Positions 1 through 11,328 are shown, counted from the first letter of the stretch. The stretch is DNA of 64,000 nucleotides from Thermodesulfobacteriota bacterium (GCA_041572575.1 JBFFSH010000001.1:31369-95368), one strand, 5' to 3'. Notes: generated by a model not told the origin, from the letters alone. Program-made: numbers and translations.

Positions 1-180
1 CTCAGCCGGCAGTCATTTTATATTTTTTATTAGAGGTACGGCTCATTGTTCCGTCCTGATTTTTCCTTTTATAAAAAAATAAATCTAATTAAGCTAATCA
101 TAAGTCTCAGTTCCTGTTTTTTGGAATCTAAGCTTAGTAAAAATTTAATTACTATATTTATAATGTCAAATTTCTATAAC

Positions 181-876
181 TTACTCAAGTTTTATTCTTG
201 GCTTATAACCAAGATTTTTTAATTTTTTGTATTCAGCTTCTGCACTGCTTTTCGTATCGTATCCTACCAACCTTACCCTGTAGTAACTGTCATTATTGTG
301 TGAATATTCATGTACATTTACATTGTCAAAGTTTGCCGAAAGTTTCTTTTTTAGTTTATATGCATTTGATTTGTCTTTGAACGAACCCACCTGAACAACA
401 TACTTACCTTTAAAGTAATTATCTTCCCTGTTAGGAGTGGAAATAACCTCTACTTTTACCTGTGCTGTACCAGGCCCAATAAGATCAACCTCTTTTGCAG
501 CTGCATAGGATAAGTCAATAACCCTACCGGCAACAAAAGGCCCCCTGTCATTTATCCTTACAATAACGTCCATTCCATTCTCAAGATTTGTTACCCTTAC
601 AATGGAGTCCATAGGAAGCGCTTTATGGGCAGCGGTAAGTTCATCCTTATCAAATACTTCGCCGCTTGCAGCCCTTCTTTTATGTTCTTCTATCCCATAC
701 CAAGAAGCTAGCCCAACCTGCACATTACCACTTACTTCACCCTCTAAATCTCCCAAACCCGGAAGTTCCTGTTCCACCGGAGGCCTGGGTTTGGGTTTCC
801 TTTTTGGATAGTACTTGGAAACTCCACAAGACCATGCAAAAATCAGCATACATATCAATAAAAATTCTTTTTTCAT
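181..876 (-). CDS. rlpA: Septal ring lytic transglycosylase RlpA family lipoprotein (DPBB + SPOR)
   Basis: Lipobox FAWSC; GLASWYG, TAAHKALP, VRINDRGPF, IDLSYAAA; C-terminal SPOR (YVVQVGSF...YRVRL). Confidence 0.93.
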   Translation of the reverse strand: MKKEFLLICMLIFAWSCGVSKYYPKRKPKPRPPVEQELPGLGDLEGEVSGNVQVGLASWYGIEEHKRRAASGEVFDKDELTAAHKALPMDSIVRVTNLENGMDVIVRINDRGPFVAGRVIDLSYAAAKEVDLIGPGTAQVKVEVISTPNREDNYFKGKYVVQVGSFKDKSNAYKLKKKLSANFDNVNVHEYSHNNDSYYRVRLVGYDTKSSAEAEYKKLKNLGYKPRIKLE

Positions 877-1057
877 TGCAGTAAATTCATTGAACAGACT
901 TAATCAGATTGGTCTATTCAATAAGTTTTATAAAATATAACCTCATATTTCAAAACTAGATACAAATTTTTTTAAGAAAATATCACATAACCTTCGCTGA
1001 TTTCTTGAGTTTACACAACTTTAGAATAGAATATGAATTTTAATATTTTTAAATAAA

Positions 1058-2242
1058 ATGGACAAAAATTCAGAAGATTTCTCATTAATACAAAGATTAC
1101 CTAATTATGTTTTTAATTCAGTAAATGAATTGAAAACTAAATACAGGGCAAAGGGAGTAGATATTATCGATCTGGGTATGGGAAACCCTGATCAGCCTAC
1201 TCCAAAACATATCGTAGATAAACTGGTTGAATCTGTAACCAAACCAAGAAATCACAGATATTCGGCATCTGCCGGAATTCCAAAACTAAGGCTTGCAATT
1301 TGTGACTGGTATAAGAGAAATTATAATGTTGATCTGAATCCTGACACAGAGGCTGTGGCTACAATCGGCTCAAAGGAAGGCATTTCTCACCTTATGCTTT
1401 CCATACTGTCACCAAGGGATATGGTAATAGTACCAAACCCGGCATACCCCATTCATATTTATTCGGTGATCATAGCTAGGGGAGATATTCAGGGAGTTAA
1501 ACTTTCAGACGATTCTACATTAATTGATGATATAGAAAAAAAAGTTAAAGAAGTCTATCCCAGACCAAAGGTTCTCTCAATTTCATTTCCCAATAATCCC
1601 ACAACACAGACAGTAGACCTGGATTTCTTTAAAAGAATTTATGAGCTTGCAAAAGAGTATGGTCTTATAGTGGTTCATGACTTTGCATATGCAGACCTTT
1701 GTTTCGACGGGTATAAGGCTCCGAGTTTCCTTCAGGTAAAAGGAGCAAAAAAAGTTGGTGTAGAGTTTTACTCTCTGTCAAAAAGTTACAGTATGCCAGG
1801 GTGGAGAGTTGGATTTATGGTTGGCAATCCTAAAATAATAGCAGCACTTAAAAGGATTAAGAGTTATATGGACTACGGCATTTTTCAGCCGATTCAGATT
1901 GCAGCAATAAGCGCACTTAACGGTCCGCAAAACTGCGTAGCTGAGATAACAGAAATTTACAGATCCAGAAGAGACAGGCTTTGCGAAGGGCTTACAAGGG
2001 CAGGCTGGCATATTGAAAAACCAAAGGCGACGATGTTCGTTTGGGGTGAAATACCCGAGCAGTTTAAAAAGATGGGTTCTCTTGAGTTTTCTAAGCTATT
2101 AATAAAAAAAGCAGGCGTCGCAGTTTCCCCAGGTATAGGTTTTGGAAATCACGGCGAAGGTTATGTGCGCTTTGCTCTAGTAGAAAACGAGCAGAGGATC
2201 ATGCAGGCAGTTAGGGGTATAAGGAAGCTTATTAATAGTTAA
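1058..2242 (+). CDS. Class I/II PLP-dependent aminotransferase (AlaC/YfdZ or LL-DAP aminotransferase-like)
   Basis: [35 protein letters not shown] (PLP lysine), GEGYVRFAL. Confidence 0.88.
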   Translation: MDKNSEDFSLIQRLPNYVFNSVNELKTKYRAKGVDIIDLGMGNPDQPTPKHIVDKLVESVTKPRNHRYSASAGIPKLRLAICDWYKRNYNVDLNPDTEAVATIGSKEGISHLMLSILSPRDMVIVPNPAYPIHIYSVIIARGDIQGVKLSDDSTLIDDIEKKVKEVYPRPKVLSISFPNNPTTQTVDLDFFKRIYELAKEYGLIVVHDFAYADLCFDGYKAPSFLQVKGAKKVGVEFYSLSKSYSMPGWRVGFMVGNPKIIAALKRIKSYMDYGIFQPIQIAAISALNGPQNCVAEITEIYRSRRDRLCEGLTRAGWHIEKPKATMFVWGEIPEQFKKMGSLEFSKLLIKKAGVAVSPGIGFGNHGEGYVRFALVENEQRIMQAVRGIRKLINS

Positions 2243-2331
2243 GTTATCTTTTACTGCTTTATTCAAAATTATTAATTATATATTTTCCATCCACATATTT
2301 ATCTATTTAATTATTCCTTTTAAAAAGGCAC

Positions 2332-2360
2332 TTGACAGACAAGTCTGTCTACATTATTAT
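2332..2360 (+). promoter_or_regulatory. sigma70 promoter of the tetR gene, overlapped by operator 1
   Basis: TTGACA (2332-2337), 17 bp spacer, TATTAT (2355-2360); palindrome GACAGAC-AA-GTCTGTC at 2334-2349. Confidence 0.75.
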
Positions 2361-2367
2361 TTATTCC

Positions 2368-2955
2368 ATGACAACTAAATCACAAGAAGTATCTCCAAGA
2401 GACAGAATAATTAAGACGGCTCTTGATCTGTTTTATAGTCAGGGCTATCTTGCAACTGGAATTAATCAGATAATTTCAGAATCCGGCGTATCCAAGAATA
2501 CTTTTTATTATCATTTCCCCTCAAAAGAGGATTTGTGCGTAGCATATTTAAGAGCACGGCATGATATTTGGAGCGGATGGCTTAAGGATAAGATAAACGA
2601 ATTTGACTCTCCTTATGAAAGGTTTATAGCACCTATGGAATTTCTTCATGAGTGGATGCAGGCCTGTAATTACAGGGGTTGCGCGTTTTTAAACATTGCT
2701 TCAGAGGTTCCTAATCTAAACACAAATATAAGAAGAGAAGTGGTCTATCACAAGAATTCTCTCAATTCCTTGCTAAAAGAACTAACCAAGGAACTAAAAC
2801 GTTCAGACTCTAAGTACAGTGATATTGATGAAGAGCTTATCGGTAATTCATATTATGTAATTTTTGAAGGAGCAATAGTATCGAGTCAGAATTTTGGTGA
2901 AATTTGGCCTGTGGAAGCAGCCAGAAAAAATATTGAAAAAATTGTGAATCCCTAA
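2368..2955 (+). CDS. TetR/AcrR family regulator (NemR/ComR-like)
   Basis: N-terminal HTH ([24 protein letters not shown]) and RGCAFLN motif; ATG 2368 preferred because the TTG at 2332 is the -35 box. Confidence 0.9.
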   Translation: MTTKSQEVSPRDRIIKTALDLFYSQGYLATGINQIISESGVSKNTFYYHFPSKEDLCVAYLRARHDIWSGWLKDKINEFDSPYERFIAPMEFLHEWMQACNYRGCAFLNIASEVPNLNTNIRREVVYHKNSLNSLLKELTKELKRSDSKYSDIDEELIGNSYYVIFEGAIVSSQNFGEIWPVEAARKNIEKIVNP

Positions 2956-2979
2956 GATATATTTTTTTATCTTAAATAG

Positions 2980-2995
2980 TACAGACTTGTCTGTA
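2980..2995. promoter_or_regulatory. Putative TetR operator 2 upstream of the hydrolase
   Basis: TACAGAC-TT-GTCTGTA, same ACAGAC-N2-GTCTGT core as 2335-2348. Confidence 0.7.
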
Positions 2996-3037
2996 TGTTT
3001 AATGCATATAAATAAATCTAATAAAAGGAGAATAATA

Positions 3038-4042
3038 ATGAAACAAGTTAAATCATTTTTAACAAAGACATTAGTAGGAACAATTGTCGTAATCTCAGTT
3101 CTTTTTATAACCCTAGGATATTTAGAGGCTGCAGAGTCAAACCACGAAACAAAACCCAATGAACATAAGACCCTTCACAAAACAGTAGAGATAGACGGGC
3201 TTGAAATATTCTATAGAGAAGCAGGGCCAAAAGATGCACCGACCATACTTTTACTTCACGGTTTTCCGACATCATCTCATATGTTTAGAAACCTAATAGA
3301 GGAGCTTTCGGATGATTTTCATCTGGTTGCCCCGGATTATCCTGGCTATGGCTTCAGCTCCATGCCTACAGTGGATGAGTTTGACTACAGTTTTGATAAC
3401 CTTGCAAATATAGTACATAAATTCACAAAAAAAATAGGACTTGAAAATTACAGTCTGTATCTACAGGACTATGGCGCTCCCGTAGGATTTAGACTTTTTA
3501 CTAAAAATCCAAATAAAGTAGAGGCCCTTATTATTCAAAACGGTAATGCATATGATGAAGGCCTAAGAGACTTCTGGGTTCCTTTAAAAGCTTACTGGAA
3601 GGATAAATCAGATAAAAATGCTGAACCTCTAAAAGGTTTTCTTACGCTCGATGTAACCAAATGGCAGTTTACTCATGGAGTAAGAAACCCGCAGACCATA
3701 AGCCCTGACAACTGGGGACATGTACAGCCGCTGCTTGACCGTCCGGGCAATCAGGCAATTCAGCTTGAGCTTTTCTACAGCTACGGCACAAACCCTCCGC
3801 TATATCCAAAATGGCAGGCATATATGAGAAACTATCAGCCGCCAACACTCATAGTCTGGGGTAAGAATGATTATATCTTCCCGGCAGAAGGGGCTTATCC
3901 ATACAAAAGAGATCTGAAAAACGTAGATTTTAATATACTGGACACAGGACACTTCGCATTAGAAGAAGATCTGGATGTGATAGCAAAACACATAAGAGAT
4001 TTCTACGGTAAAAAGGTTGCAATGAAATCAAGAATTAAATAA
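3038..4042 (+). CDS. Exported alpha/beta hydrolase (epoxide hydrolase/haloalkane dehalogenase-like)
   Basis: [19 protein letters not shown] nucleophile elbow, TGHFALE; hydrophobic N-terminus; AGGAG RBS before ATG 3038. Confidence 0.88.
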   Translation: MKQVKSFLTKTLVGTIVVISVLFITLGYLEAAESNHETKPNEHKTLHKTVEIDGLEIFYREAGPKDAPTILLLHGFPTSSHMFRNLIEELSDDFHLVAPDYPGYGFSSMPTVDEFDYSFDNLANIVHKFTKKIGLENYSLYLQDYGAPVGFRLFTKNPNKVEALIIQNGNAYDEGLRDFWVPLKAYWKDKSDKNAEPLKGFLTLDVTKWQFTHGVRNPQTISPDNWGHVQPLLDRPGNQAIQLELFYSYGTNPPLYPKWQAYMRNYQPPTLIVWGKNDYIFPAEGAYPYKRDLKNVDFNILDTGHFALEEDLDVIAKHIRDFYGKKVAMKSRIK

Positions 4043-4056
4043 CAAGTAAAAAACTG

Positions 4057-4084
4057 GCCGGGTGCTTACATAAAAGCATCCGGC
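4057..4084. terminator. Stem-loop between hydrolase and ECF sigma gene
   Basis: GCCGGGTGCTT-ACATAA-AAGCATCCGGC; A-run on the left side, no U-run on the + strand. Confidence 0.45.
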
Positions 4085-4117
4085 AAAGTTGAATATAAAA
4101 GTAAAAGGGGGTTAAAA

Positions 4118-4780
4118 ATGTTATTAGAAAGAAGGATAGAGACAGGAAATAAAACAAATTATCTAAGTACAGATTTAGACTACAACAATATAGCAGATGA
4201 GAAGTTGGCTGCACTATATGTAAATGGAAGAGACGAAGCAGCATTCAATGAACTTGTAAACAGATTTGGAGACAAGATATACAGGCTTGCAATGAGGATA
4301 ACCAAATCTCCTGAATCTGCCGAAGAGGTTTTACAAAGGGTATTTGTTAAATTGGTTGGGAAGCTAAGATTATTCAGAGGTGACTCAAAGTTATCAACCT
4401 GGATTTATACAGTTAGCAGCAATGAAGCATTCAGGTATTTAAGAGAAAGGAATGGTTCGAGAGAATACAGTCTGGACGAATTAAGTGATAAACAAAGTGA
4501 TGAACATAAAGGCTGGTTGCAACCAAGGGACACCAATCCAGACCCTGAAAGCAATGCTATTAATACTGAGATATCAGAAATATTGGATAATGCAATTAAT
4601 GAACTGCAAGAGGAATATCGCACTGTGTTTCAGCTAAGAGATGTTGAGGGTTTATCCAATTGTGAAGTTGCAGAAATTCTTGGACTATCTATTCCTGCTG
4701 TTAAATCAAGGATTCTTAGGGCAAGGACTCAGCTTAAAGACAAATTATCTAAGCAGATTTCTAAAGATATCATATCATGA
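4118..4780 (+). CDS. ECF RNA polymerase sigma factor
   Basis: Region 2 (AFNELV...FRGDSKLSTWIY) and region 4 (LRDVEGLSNCEVAEILG...VKSRILRAR). Confidence 0.9.
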   Translation: MLLERRIETGNKTNYLSTDLDYNNIADEKLAALYVNGRDEAAFNELVNRFGDKIYRLAMRITKSPESAEEVLQRVFVKLVGKLRLFRGDSKLSTWIYTVSSNEAFRYLRERNGSREYSLDELSDKQSDEHKGWLQPRDTNPDPESNAINTEISEILDNAINELQEEYRTVFQLRDVEGLSNCEVAEILGLSIPAVKSRILRARTQLKDKLSKQISKDIIS

Positions 4781-4799
4781 AAGGAAAAGAGTCATAAAG

Positions 4800-7700
4800 T
4801 TAATATTCAAAATTGAAAAATATATCACCGCCGGATTGCTCGCTTCCTACATCACTGCCTACAGAAAGAAAGTCAAACAATCGATATTCCACTTTAACTG
4901 TATTAGTAGGAATAGATGACCCGGAATCAGATGATGATTTCCTCTCATAGGCAAAATAGATATCATCATTTAAGTATTTACCTACTTCAAGCTCAGGACC
5001 GGATTCACCTGATCCGAATGAGAGTACATCAGGGGAAACATTGTCGCCTAAAACTCCCTTAAGCTGATTAAGAGCTACCCCACCGGCAAGACCTGTAGCC
5101 GCTGATCCAAGTGCAGATCTTTCACCACTTCCAAGTTTGTCAGACGATGTTCCAAAGATTAAATATGAAACAATATCAGTTTCCTGCAGTGAAGGATTGC
5201 TTGTTAACTTAATCTCAGGATTTTTAACATCTCCACCAATACCTACAAACACGTCCACATCCGAGACATTATAAAGAGCAGTAATGTCGAGAAGAGGGTT
5301 AAGATCTTTTATCGCCGGGAAATTCACATTTCCTTCCTGTATTTTAAACAGTTTTCCAAATATTTTATATGTACCTCTAACCGTCGATATATTTCCCGTT
5401 ATAAGTGGTTCGTCTTTATATTCCTTATCAATTTTGAGTTTACCTTTAAGCTCAATATTAGCCCCCCTTCCCCTCACCCAGCTGTTCTTGGGAATCGTGA
5501 CATTTAGATCCAAAGCCATATGGTCTTTAAAGTAGCTTCCTTTCTCTTCATCCTTGATCACAATCTCATCATTTTCGTTAGTCTCTTGATCAACAAATTT
5601 AATTTCACTAACCTGTTGTTTTTTCTGCTGCGTAATAGTTATTCGTGTCTTGTTTAGAGTTGCATCTCCGGCTGCGCTTATATCTTTGCCATTTCCGCTT
5701 AACTGCAAATTCCCAGAAAGATCTGTTTTAATTCTTTTTGGGTTAATTCTAAACCTGTCGAATTCTCCCTGTGCCTTAAAACTCAGATCAGATAAATTAA
5801 AATCACCGCTTATACCCGCAGTACCATCTCCGCTGGATATCATAAATTCATTGAATACAGCTTTATCACCATCGAATTTCATATTCCCATTATCAATTGT
5901 AATTTTATTTTTTAGCTGTTTTAATTTGAATTCTGTATCTTTGATCGCTGTATTTCCGAAAACTCTGGGAGCTTTTGGTGTACCTTTGATTTTTAAGTCC
6001 AGATCGATCACACCATTTATATCATCTAATGTATCTATAAAAGCTGAAAAAGGGCTGAGATTTAGATTTTGAGAAAATAGTGATAAGTCCATACTAGTAA
6101 CACCAGAAGATTTTTCATTACTAAAATTTAGATCGGTATTAATAAAGCCTGAGAGATTAAGCTTGTTATTATCCTGTAGATCCGAAGTGAGATTTATATC
6201 AAATTTCTTATTGCTATACTTTGTATTTAGGTTTAATTTACTTGATGCGAATTCTCTGTATTTAAGGTTGTCGATAGATAGCTGAGAATTTAGCCTGGGC
6301 GCTTTTGTGTTTCCGTTTATATCAAGATGGCCGTTCACTACACCACTGAAAGCTTCCTGTACATTTATTAATTCAGAGATATTTTGCAGCTCAAAATTTA
6401 TAAACTTTATATCACCTTTTAATTCATCACTTGCCGATATATTAAACACACCCTTAATACTGGACCCATTACTGCCGAGATCAAGTCCGCTTATCCTTAT
6501 GCCGTTACTATAGCCTACAACGAGTGTGTCATTGTTCTTAAATTCTGTATCTCCAAAGTTAAGTGTGATTTTCGAAAATTCTATATTTTTTTCCAATTCC
6601 AGATCGGCAATCTTAAACTCCAGGTTGTAATTATTATTGTCATTCTCAGTAAGCAGAATATCGCCGATCACCCGCCCATTTTTTGTAGATACATCATACT
6701 CCAGGCTATTAAATGGTCTGTCATTATATTTTAATCTATTAAATTGCCCCCTTGAATTTATAGTCGAAATACCCTCATCAAATGATATAGCGCCCGTGGC
6801 ATTGCCTTTGTCTGCTATCAATTTTTTTACCTTGAAATCAGACAGCTTGAGAGCATACTCAATGATTGGACTTTCCAACGTACCTTTAATCTGTCCTTTT
6901 ATATCAGCTGACCCATGCATACCCAGATCATCTTTAATTTTGGATATAAAATCCAAATTTTCACTTTTTATATCATAAGAAAAATCAAGTTTGTCATTTA
7001 TGGCATTTCCGGAAGCGTTAATATTTACAAAATCAGACAGAAGCTTTACCGATACATTCTCAATCTTGTTTGGAGAAAATTTAGCTCGGATCGCACCACT
7101 TTTTATCTCATTTTTAAATATTCTTGATTTAAGTATATCAATTTGGGAACTTCCTTTTAAACCACTGATGCTAAAATTTGTGGGCAATGACGCATCAATA
7201 TTAATCTTTGAATTAATTGAGCTATTATATTTCTTTTTGTTCAACAAATAGCCTATGTCGAGTTTATCGGTAGAACCCGTAATATCTGCAACAATGAGAG
7301 AATCTGAAATATTTAAGACTCCGCCTAGGTTTGCATCGCCAGCCTCACCAATCAAAATAAATTTTCTGATATCAGTTTTTAGATCAAAGTTTTCACTTGC
7401 ATTGAAAAAACCTGAGATCTGTAGTTCAGCGTTCAATGCAGATGCTATTTTTTCTATGTCAGCCGGAATTTCAGTATCAATATTCGGAACTTTAGATAAT
7501 CTTGAATAATCAAAATCAGACAACTTTAGAACTGCAAAAAACTCATTATTCTTATCTTTATCGAAAATATTTTTAAGATCTGTATCAATGCCAATTTCTG
7601 CTTTACCGGCATCTCCATCAAGGGTAGCATTTTTCATATTTAGAACAGAATTTTTGATCGATATGTCACCAGCATCAAATGAGAATTTGTTTTCCAGATA

Positions 7701-8606
7701 TTGAGAATTATCGATATCAATACTAAATTTACCGTTAATATCGTCTGTAGTTGTAAAATCACCTTCACCTTTAAAATCCAGGTTCAGTTTGAGTTTTTCG
7801 TTACTAAAATCAGTTACCTTTGTTCTGACAGAAAATAGTTTTTCACCCGAATTTTTAAATTCTCCGGACATGAATATATCAGCGCCATTAAAACCAAACT
7901 TTAATTCACCAATTTCAACTTCTTCCTTGCTGAGCTTAAGTGTGGATGAAGATAAATTGTTTATAATTATCTCATCCGGATCAATATTAATCCGGCCACT
8001 ATGAAAGTTTATTTCAGCAGCAGCAGGGTTTGTTGCAAGTCTTACTGTAGAATTAAAATCGTTTATATCAATAGTTCTTACTGTATCAGCTTGTTTATTA
8101 AAAATCGAAACCCTGGTATCTAAAATCTCAAAACTATTTATGGAAACAATCCAGCTAGAACTCTCTTTTTGTGTGAGTTGTTCATCCTCATTTTTAGGTT
8201 CTTTACGACTTAACCGGCTATAGTTCCAGATTCCGTCCTGGTTTTTGCTGAGTACTAGTTTAAGTCCATCAATTTTAAAGCTGTCTACATTTATATGCCC
8301 CGCTGAAAAATCATTAATAATATTTAATGCACTTAATGGATATCCAAGAGTAATATTTCTAGCTTCCAGAAATTTATTGTTATCAATTTCTAGTTCGGTG
8401 TCATTTATTACAATTCCATCTATTAAAGCAAAATCCACCTTGCCTATCTTTAACTGCTGTCCCATAGATTTGCTTACGGAGCTTTTTATAAGATCGACAA
8501 TCTTATTTTGAACAAAACTCGTCTTAATAAGCAGAGATAATGAAAATATCCCTACAATTAGTAGAACCAGCAAAACTGAAAATATCTTTATTATTTTAGA
8601 ACGCAT
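4800..8606 (-). CDS. tamB: Translocation/assembly module TamB (AsmA-like, C-terminal DUF490-type region)
   Basis: N-terminal TM anchor, long beta-rich body, C-terminal LTSNPSL..DIVSYLIFG and EVGKYL; overlaps the Omp85 gene. Confidence 0.82.
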   Translation of the reverse strand: MRSKIIKIFSVLLVLLIVGIFSLSLLIKTSFVQNKIVDLIKSSVSKSMGQQLKIGKVDFALIDGIVINDTELEIDNNKFLEARNITLGYPLSALNIINDFSAGHINVDSFKIDGLKLVLSKNQDGIWNYSRLSRKEPKNEDEQLTQKESSSWIVSINSFEILDTRVSIFNKQADTVRTIDINDFNSTVRLATNPAAAEINFHSGRINIDPDEIIINNLSSSTLKLSKEEVEIGELKFGFNGADIFMSGEFKNSGEKLFSVRTKVTDFSNEKLKLNLDFKGEGDFTTTDDINGKFSIDIDNSQYLENKFSFDAGDISIKNSVLNMKNATLDGDAGKAEIGIDTDLKNIFDKDKNNEFFAVLKLSDFDYSRLSKVPNIDTEIPADIEKIASALNAELQISGFFNASENFDLKTDIRKFILIGEAGDANLGGVLNISDSLIVADITGSTDKLDIGYLLNKKKYNSSINSKINIDASLPTNFSISGLKGSSQIDILKSRIFKNEIKSGAIRAKFSPNKIENVSVKLLSDFVNINASGNAINDKLDFSYDIKSENLDFISKIKDDLGMHGSADIKGQIKGTLESPIIEYALKLSDFKVKKLIADKGNATGAISFDEGISTINSRGQFNRLKYNDRPFNSLEYDVSTKNGRVIGDILLTENDNNNYNLEFKIADLELEKNIEFSKITLNFGDTEFKNNDTLVVGYSNGIRISGLDLGSNGSSIKGVFNISASDELKGDIKFINFELQNISELINVQEAFSGVVNGHLDINGNTKAPRLNSQLSIDNLKYREFASSKLNLNTKYSNKKFDINLTSDLQDNNKLNLSGFINTDLNFSNEKSSGVTSMDLSLFSQNLNLSPFSAFIDTLDDINGVIDLDLKIKGTPKAPRVFGNTAIKDTEFKLKQLKNKITIDNGNMKFDGDKAVFNEFMISSGDGTAGISGDFNLSDLSFKAQGEFDRFRINPKRIKTDLSGNLQLSGNGKDISAAGDATLNKTRITITQQKKQQVSEIKFVDQETNENDEIVIKDEEKGSYFKDHMALDLNVTIPKNSWVRGRGANIELKGKLKIDKEYKDEPLITGNISTVRGTYKIFGKLFKIQEGNVNFPAIKDLNPLLDITALYNVSDVDVFVGIGGDVKNPEIKLTSNPSLQETDIVSYLIFGTSSDKLGSGERSALGSAATGLAGGVALNQLKGVLGDNVSPDVLSFGSGESGPELEVGKYLNDDIYFAYERKSSSDSGSSIPTNTVKVEYRLFDFLSVGSDVGSEQSGGDIFFNFEY

Positions 8607-10410
8607 GACCTATGCTTAAGAAAAATTGAAATCTGTCAATCTCTGGCTCAGGATTTAAAGTATAACCAAAATCAACCCTCAAAGGGCCTATTATAGTATC
8701 AAACCTAAGACCTGTGCCCACTGCATATTTTATTTCTCCGAAATCGAAATCAAATTCGTCGGGGAATACATTTCCATAATCAAAAAACAGCACTCCTCCA
8801 AGTTTTTTATAGATCGGAAATCTTCCTTCAAGATTACCAAGTAAAAGTGTGTTTCCACCCACGGGCTCACTACCACTGTCAAGCGGGCCAAGCTCCTGAA
8901 AAGGGAACCCCCTCATAGTTGTGCTGCCGCCTGTAAAAAATCTCTTAAATATAGGAACATCCAGACTATCGGTACTGCCAAACGGCTGTATCAACCCTAT
9001 ATCCAGTCTTTTTGCAAAAACAATGTTTTTATATTCTTTATATCCGATAAATTCAAGAACGCTTGTAATAAAATCTTCATCAGACCCTAAAACCCCTAGA
9101 GACGACTCGATATTAAAACTCAGACTCCTTCCACTTGTGGGGTTAAGCGGGTTATCAACTGTGCTGTGGTCTAGCCCGGCACTTAAAAAAGTAAGGAAAT
9201 AACCATCATCCTCTACAAAATCAGAAGTAGAACCGGATATTTCCGATAATCGAGACAGCTGGATATCAAAAGAACTGTAAAAATTTATATTATTGTATAT
9301 TTTCTTCTTAATCTTATTAGAAAAATTGAGGCTCTCTGAGGTGTAGCTTGGAAAATCATCCCTTGAAGTAGAAAGAGTAGAGATAAAATCCATGTCTCTG
9401 TCAAATAAATAAGGCTGAATTAGTGAAGCGCTTAAGCGCTGAGTAAGAAACGAAAATTTGCCTGAAACCTCTAAGTCTCTTGCACCACCGAACAGATTTT
9501 TATGGTTCCATATAATCTGTCCTCGGAAAAGGTCTTCGGTGCCAAAACCTACTCCAACCTTTACACTCCCAAGTTTCCGTTGTTCAACACTTATTACGGT
9601 ATCAACGACTTTTTGCTCCTCATTAAATACAGGATCAATCACAACGGATTTGAAATACCCAAGACCAAATATTGCAAGCCTTGTCCTGTCGAGCATTGTT
9701 AGAGAATATTCATCACCCGACTTATATAAAATCTCTCTCGATATAATCTTATCGTCTATGTCCTTATTACCCTTAATGGATACAGTGCCAAAGTAATATT
9801 TATACCCCCTGTTAACAGAAATATCTACCTTAGCCCATTTATCTTCCCTGTTTACAAGCGCCTCGGATTTTATTTCAGCAAAAGGATAGCCTTTATTTGA
9901 AAAATAGTTCGCAATAATATTCTTTGTTTTTTGATACTCTCTTTGCGAGAAATCTTCATTGGACATTACAGTAGCTGCATCCAAAAGCTCGGCATACTCT
10001 TCATCCAATAGTTTTGGCTTCACATCCAGTACAAAATCTTTTACAACCGTTTTTTCGCCACGATCTATATCTATTATCACATCAACAAAGTCATCATTTT
10101 TTTGCTCAATTAGATATTCTATTTTTACATCATAAAATCCATATTCTTTATATAAATTAGATATCCGTATTACATCTTCCTTTAATATTTCTTCGTCAAA
10201 TACGGGTTTTTTCTTCCAGGGTAAAAACGATGGAAATTCTGTTGCCATATTCTCGGTAATCTCTTTTTTAGATACAGCACCAATGTTATTTAATTTGATT
10301 TTGGAAATATATATTTCACCCGGCTCATCTTGAGAAAAAACAGGAAAAGGACACAAGAATATAGAGATACAATATATTAGTAAGAAATATTTATATGATA
10401 AATTCATCAC
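8596..10410 (-). CDS. tamA: Omp85 family protein TamA/BamA-like (POTRA + beta-barrel)
   Basis: RFFTGGSTTMRGF, GLRFDTIIGPLRVDFG, C-terminal Phe; adjacent to tamB. Confidence 0.82.
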   Translation of the reverse strand: MMNLSYKYFLLIYCISIFLCPFPVFSQDEPGEIYISKIKLNNIGAVSKKEITENMATEFPSFLPWKKKPVFDEEILKEDVIRISNLYKEYGFYDVKIEYLIEQKNDDFVDVIIDIDRGEKTVVKDFVLDVKPKLLDEEYAELLDAATVMSNEDFSQREYQKTKNIIANYFSNKGYPFAEIKSEALVNREDKWAKVDISVNRGYKYYFGTVSIKGNKDIDDKIISREILYKSGDEYSLTMLDRTRLAIFGLGYFKSVVIDPVFNEEQKVVDTVISVEQRKLGSVKVGVGFGTEDLFRGQIIWNHKNLFGGARDLEVSGKFSFLTQRLSASLIQPYLFDRDMDFISTLSTSRDDFPSYTSESLNFSNKIKKKIYNNINFYSSFDIQLSRLSEISGSTSDFVEDDGYFLTFLSAGLDHSTVDNPLNPTSGRSLSFNIESSLGVLGSDEDFITSVLEFIGYKEYKNIVFAKRLDIGLIQPFGSTDSLDVPIFKRFFTGGSTTMRGFPFQELGPLDSGSEPVGGNTLLLGNLEGRFPIYKKLGGVLFFDYGNVFPDEFDFDFGEIKYAVGTGLRFDTIIGPLRVDFGYTLNPEPEIDRFQFFLSIGHAF

Positions 10411-10546
10411 CCAAGCTAATATTATAACAATTCCGATAATTACTTAAGAGAATAACGGACTGTATTAAAATGATAAGGTAAAATATCAGCCGCAATGAAG
10501 TTTAGCAACAGAGATGGAATAAAGCAATTAATTACTTCGCTAAATA

Positions 10547-11281
10547 CTAATCAAACTGCCTTATTTGAGGGAAAGCAAAGAATTTTTCAAGATCAAGCAA
10601 TATTAATAGTTCATCATTAAATTCACAAACTCCATGTAAAAAAGGAGCAATTTTATCATCTACCTTTGCTTCGGTATTCATAATTGAATCCTTTGGAACA
10701 TTATATATCTGATTTACCTGATCAACTATAATAGCAGAGCTTATTTCTTCATCCAAAGAACGTATAACAAGCATTCTTCCCGAATCAAATCTATCCATCT
10801 TGGGAATACCCAAATATGTGCCAAGATCAACAACCGAAACAATCTCCCCTCTAATGTTAGTTACACCTCTTACCCATACGGGAAGATTTGGTACCGGGGT
10901 AACATTGCTGAGAGTTCCTATTTCCAGCACATTTAAAATAGGTATGCCATACATTTTATTTGACAGCGTAAATACAATATACTTCTGCTCGTCTATATCC
11001 TCTGCCTGAGCTTCTTCTCCAAAGTCAGACATTATTACCTGCCCATAATTCTGCTGTATGGAAGAGTCTATTTCTGAAATCAGTTTGTCGAGTTCATCAC
11101 TATCTGAAGATAAATCACTACTGCTACTGCTGCCAATAGATTCTGTAGTCTGTCTGATATTTGCACTCTGAAAAACACTATTTTGGAGCTCTATGTCTTC
11201 GAGATGAAGGTCTTTGGACATAGTTTCTGAAGAGGTGCTTTCACTATTGCTGTTATTATTGGAATCTTTATTATCAGACAT
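10547..11281 (-). CDS. cheW: CheW-domain protein with acidic/Ser-rich N-terminal extension
   Basis: YGIPILNVLEI, TPVPNLP, GVTNIRGEIVSVVDL, LLDLEK. Confidence 0.85.
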   Translation of the reverse strand: MSDNKDSNNNSNSESTSSETMSKDLHLEDIELQNSVFQSANIRQTTESIGSSSSSDLSSDSDELDKLISEIDSSIQQNYGQVIMSDFGEEAQAEDIDEQKYIVFTLSNKMYGIPILNVLEIGTLSNVTPVPNLPVWVRGVTNIRGEIVSVVDLGTYLGIPKMDRFDSGRMLVIRSLDEEISSAIIVDQVNQIYNVPKDSIMNTEAKVDDKIAPFLHGVCEFNDELLILLDLEKFFAFPQIRQFD

Positions 11282-11328
11282 AATATTAGTTCTCCGTCTT
11301 TATATTATTATATAATTTAATGATTTGT

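Noticed and set aside
889..922. Imperfect inverted repeat ATTGAACAGACT...GGTCTATTCAAT upstream of rlpA
   Set aside because: Shares only a half-site with the TetR operator, with different spacing; could be chance in AT-rich DNA.
5284..9796. Many 60-140 aa plus-strand ORFs inside tamB/tamA, and similar ORFs opposite glnA, nuoL, proB, gyrA and cdc48
   Set aside because: Antisense shadows of well-supported genes; no RBS or recognisable motifs.
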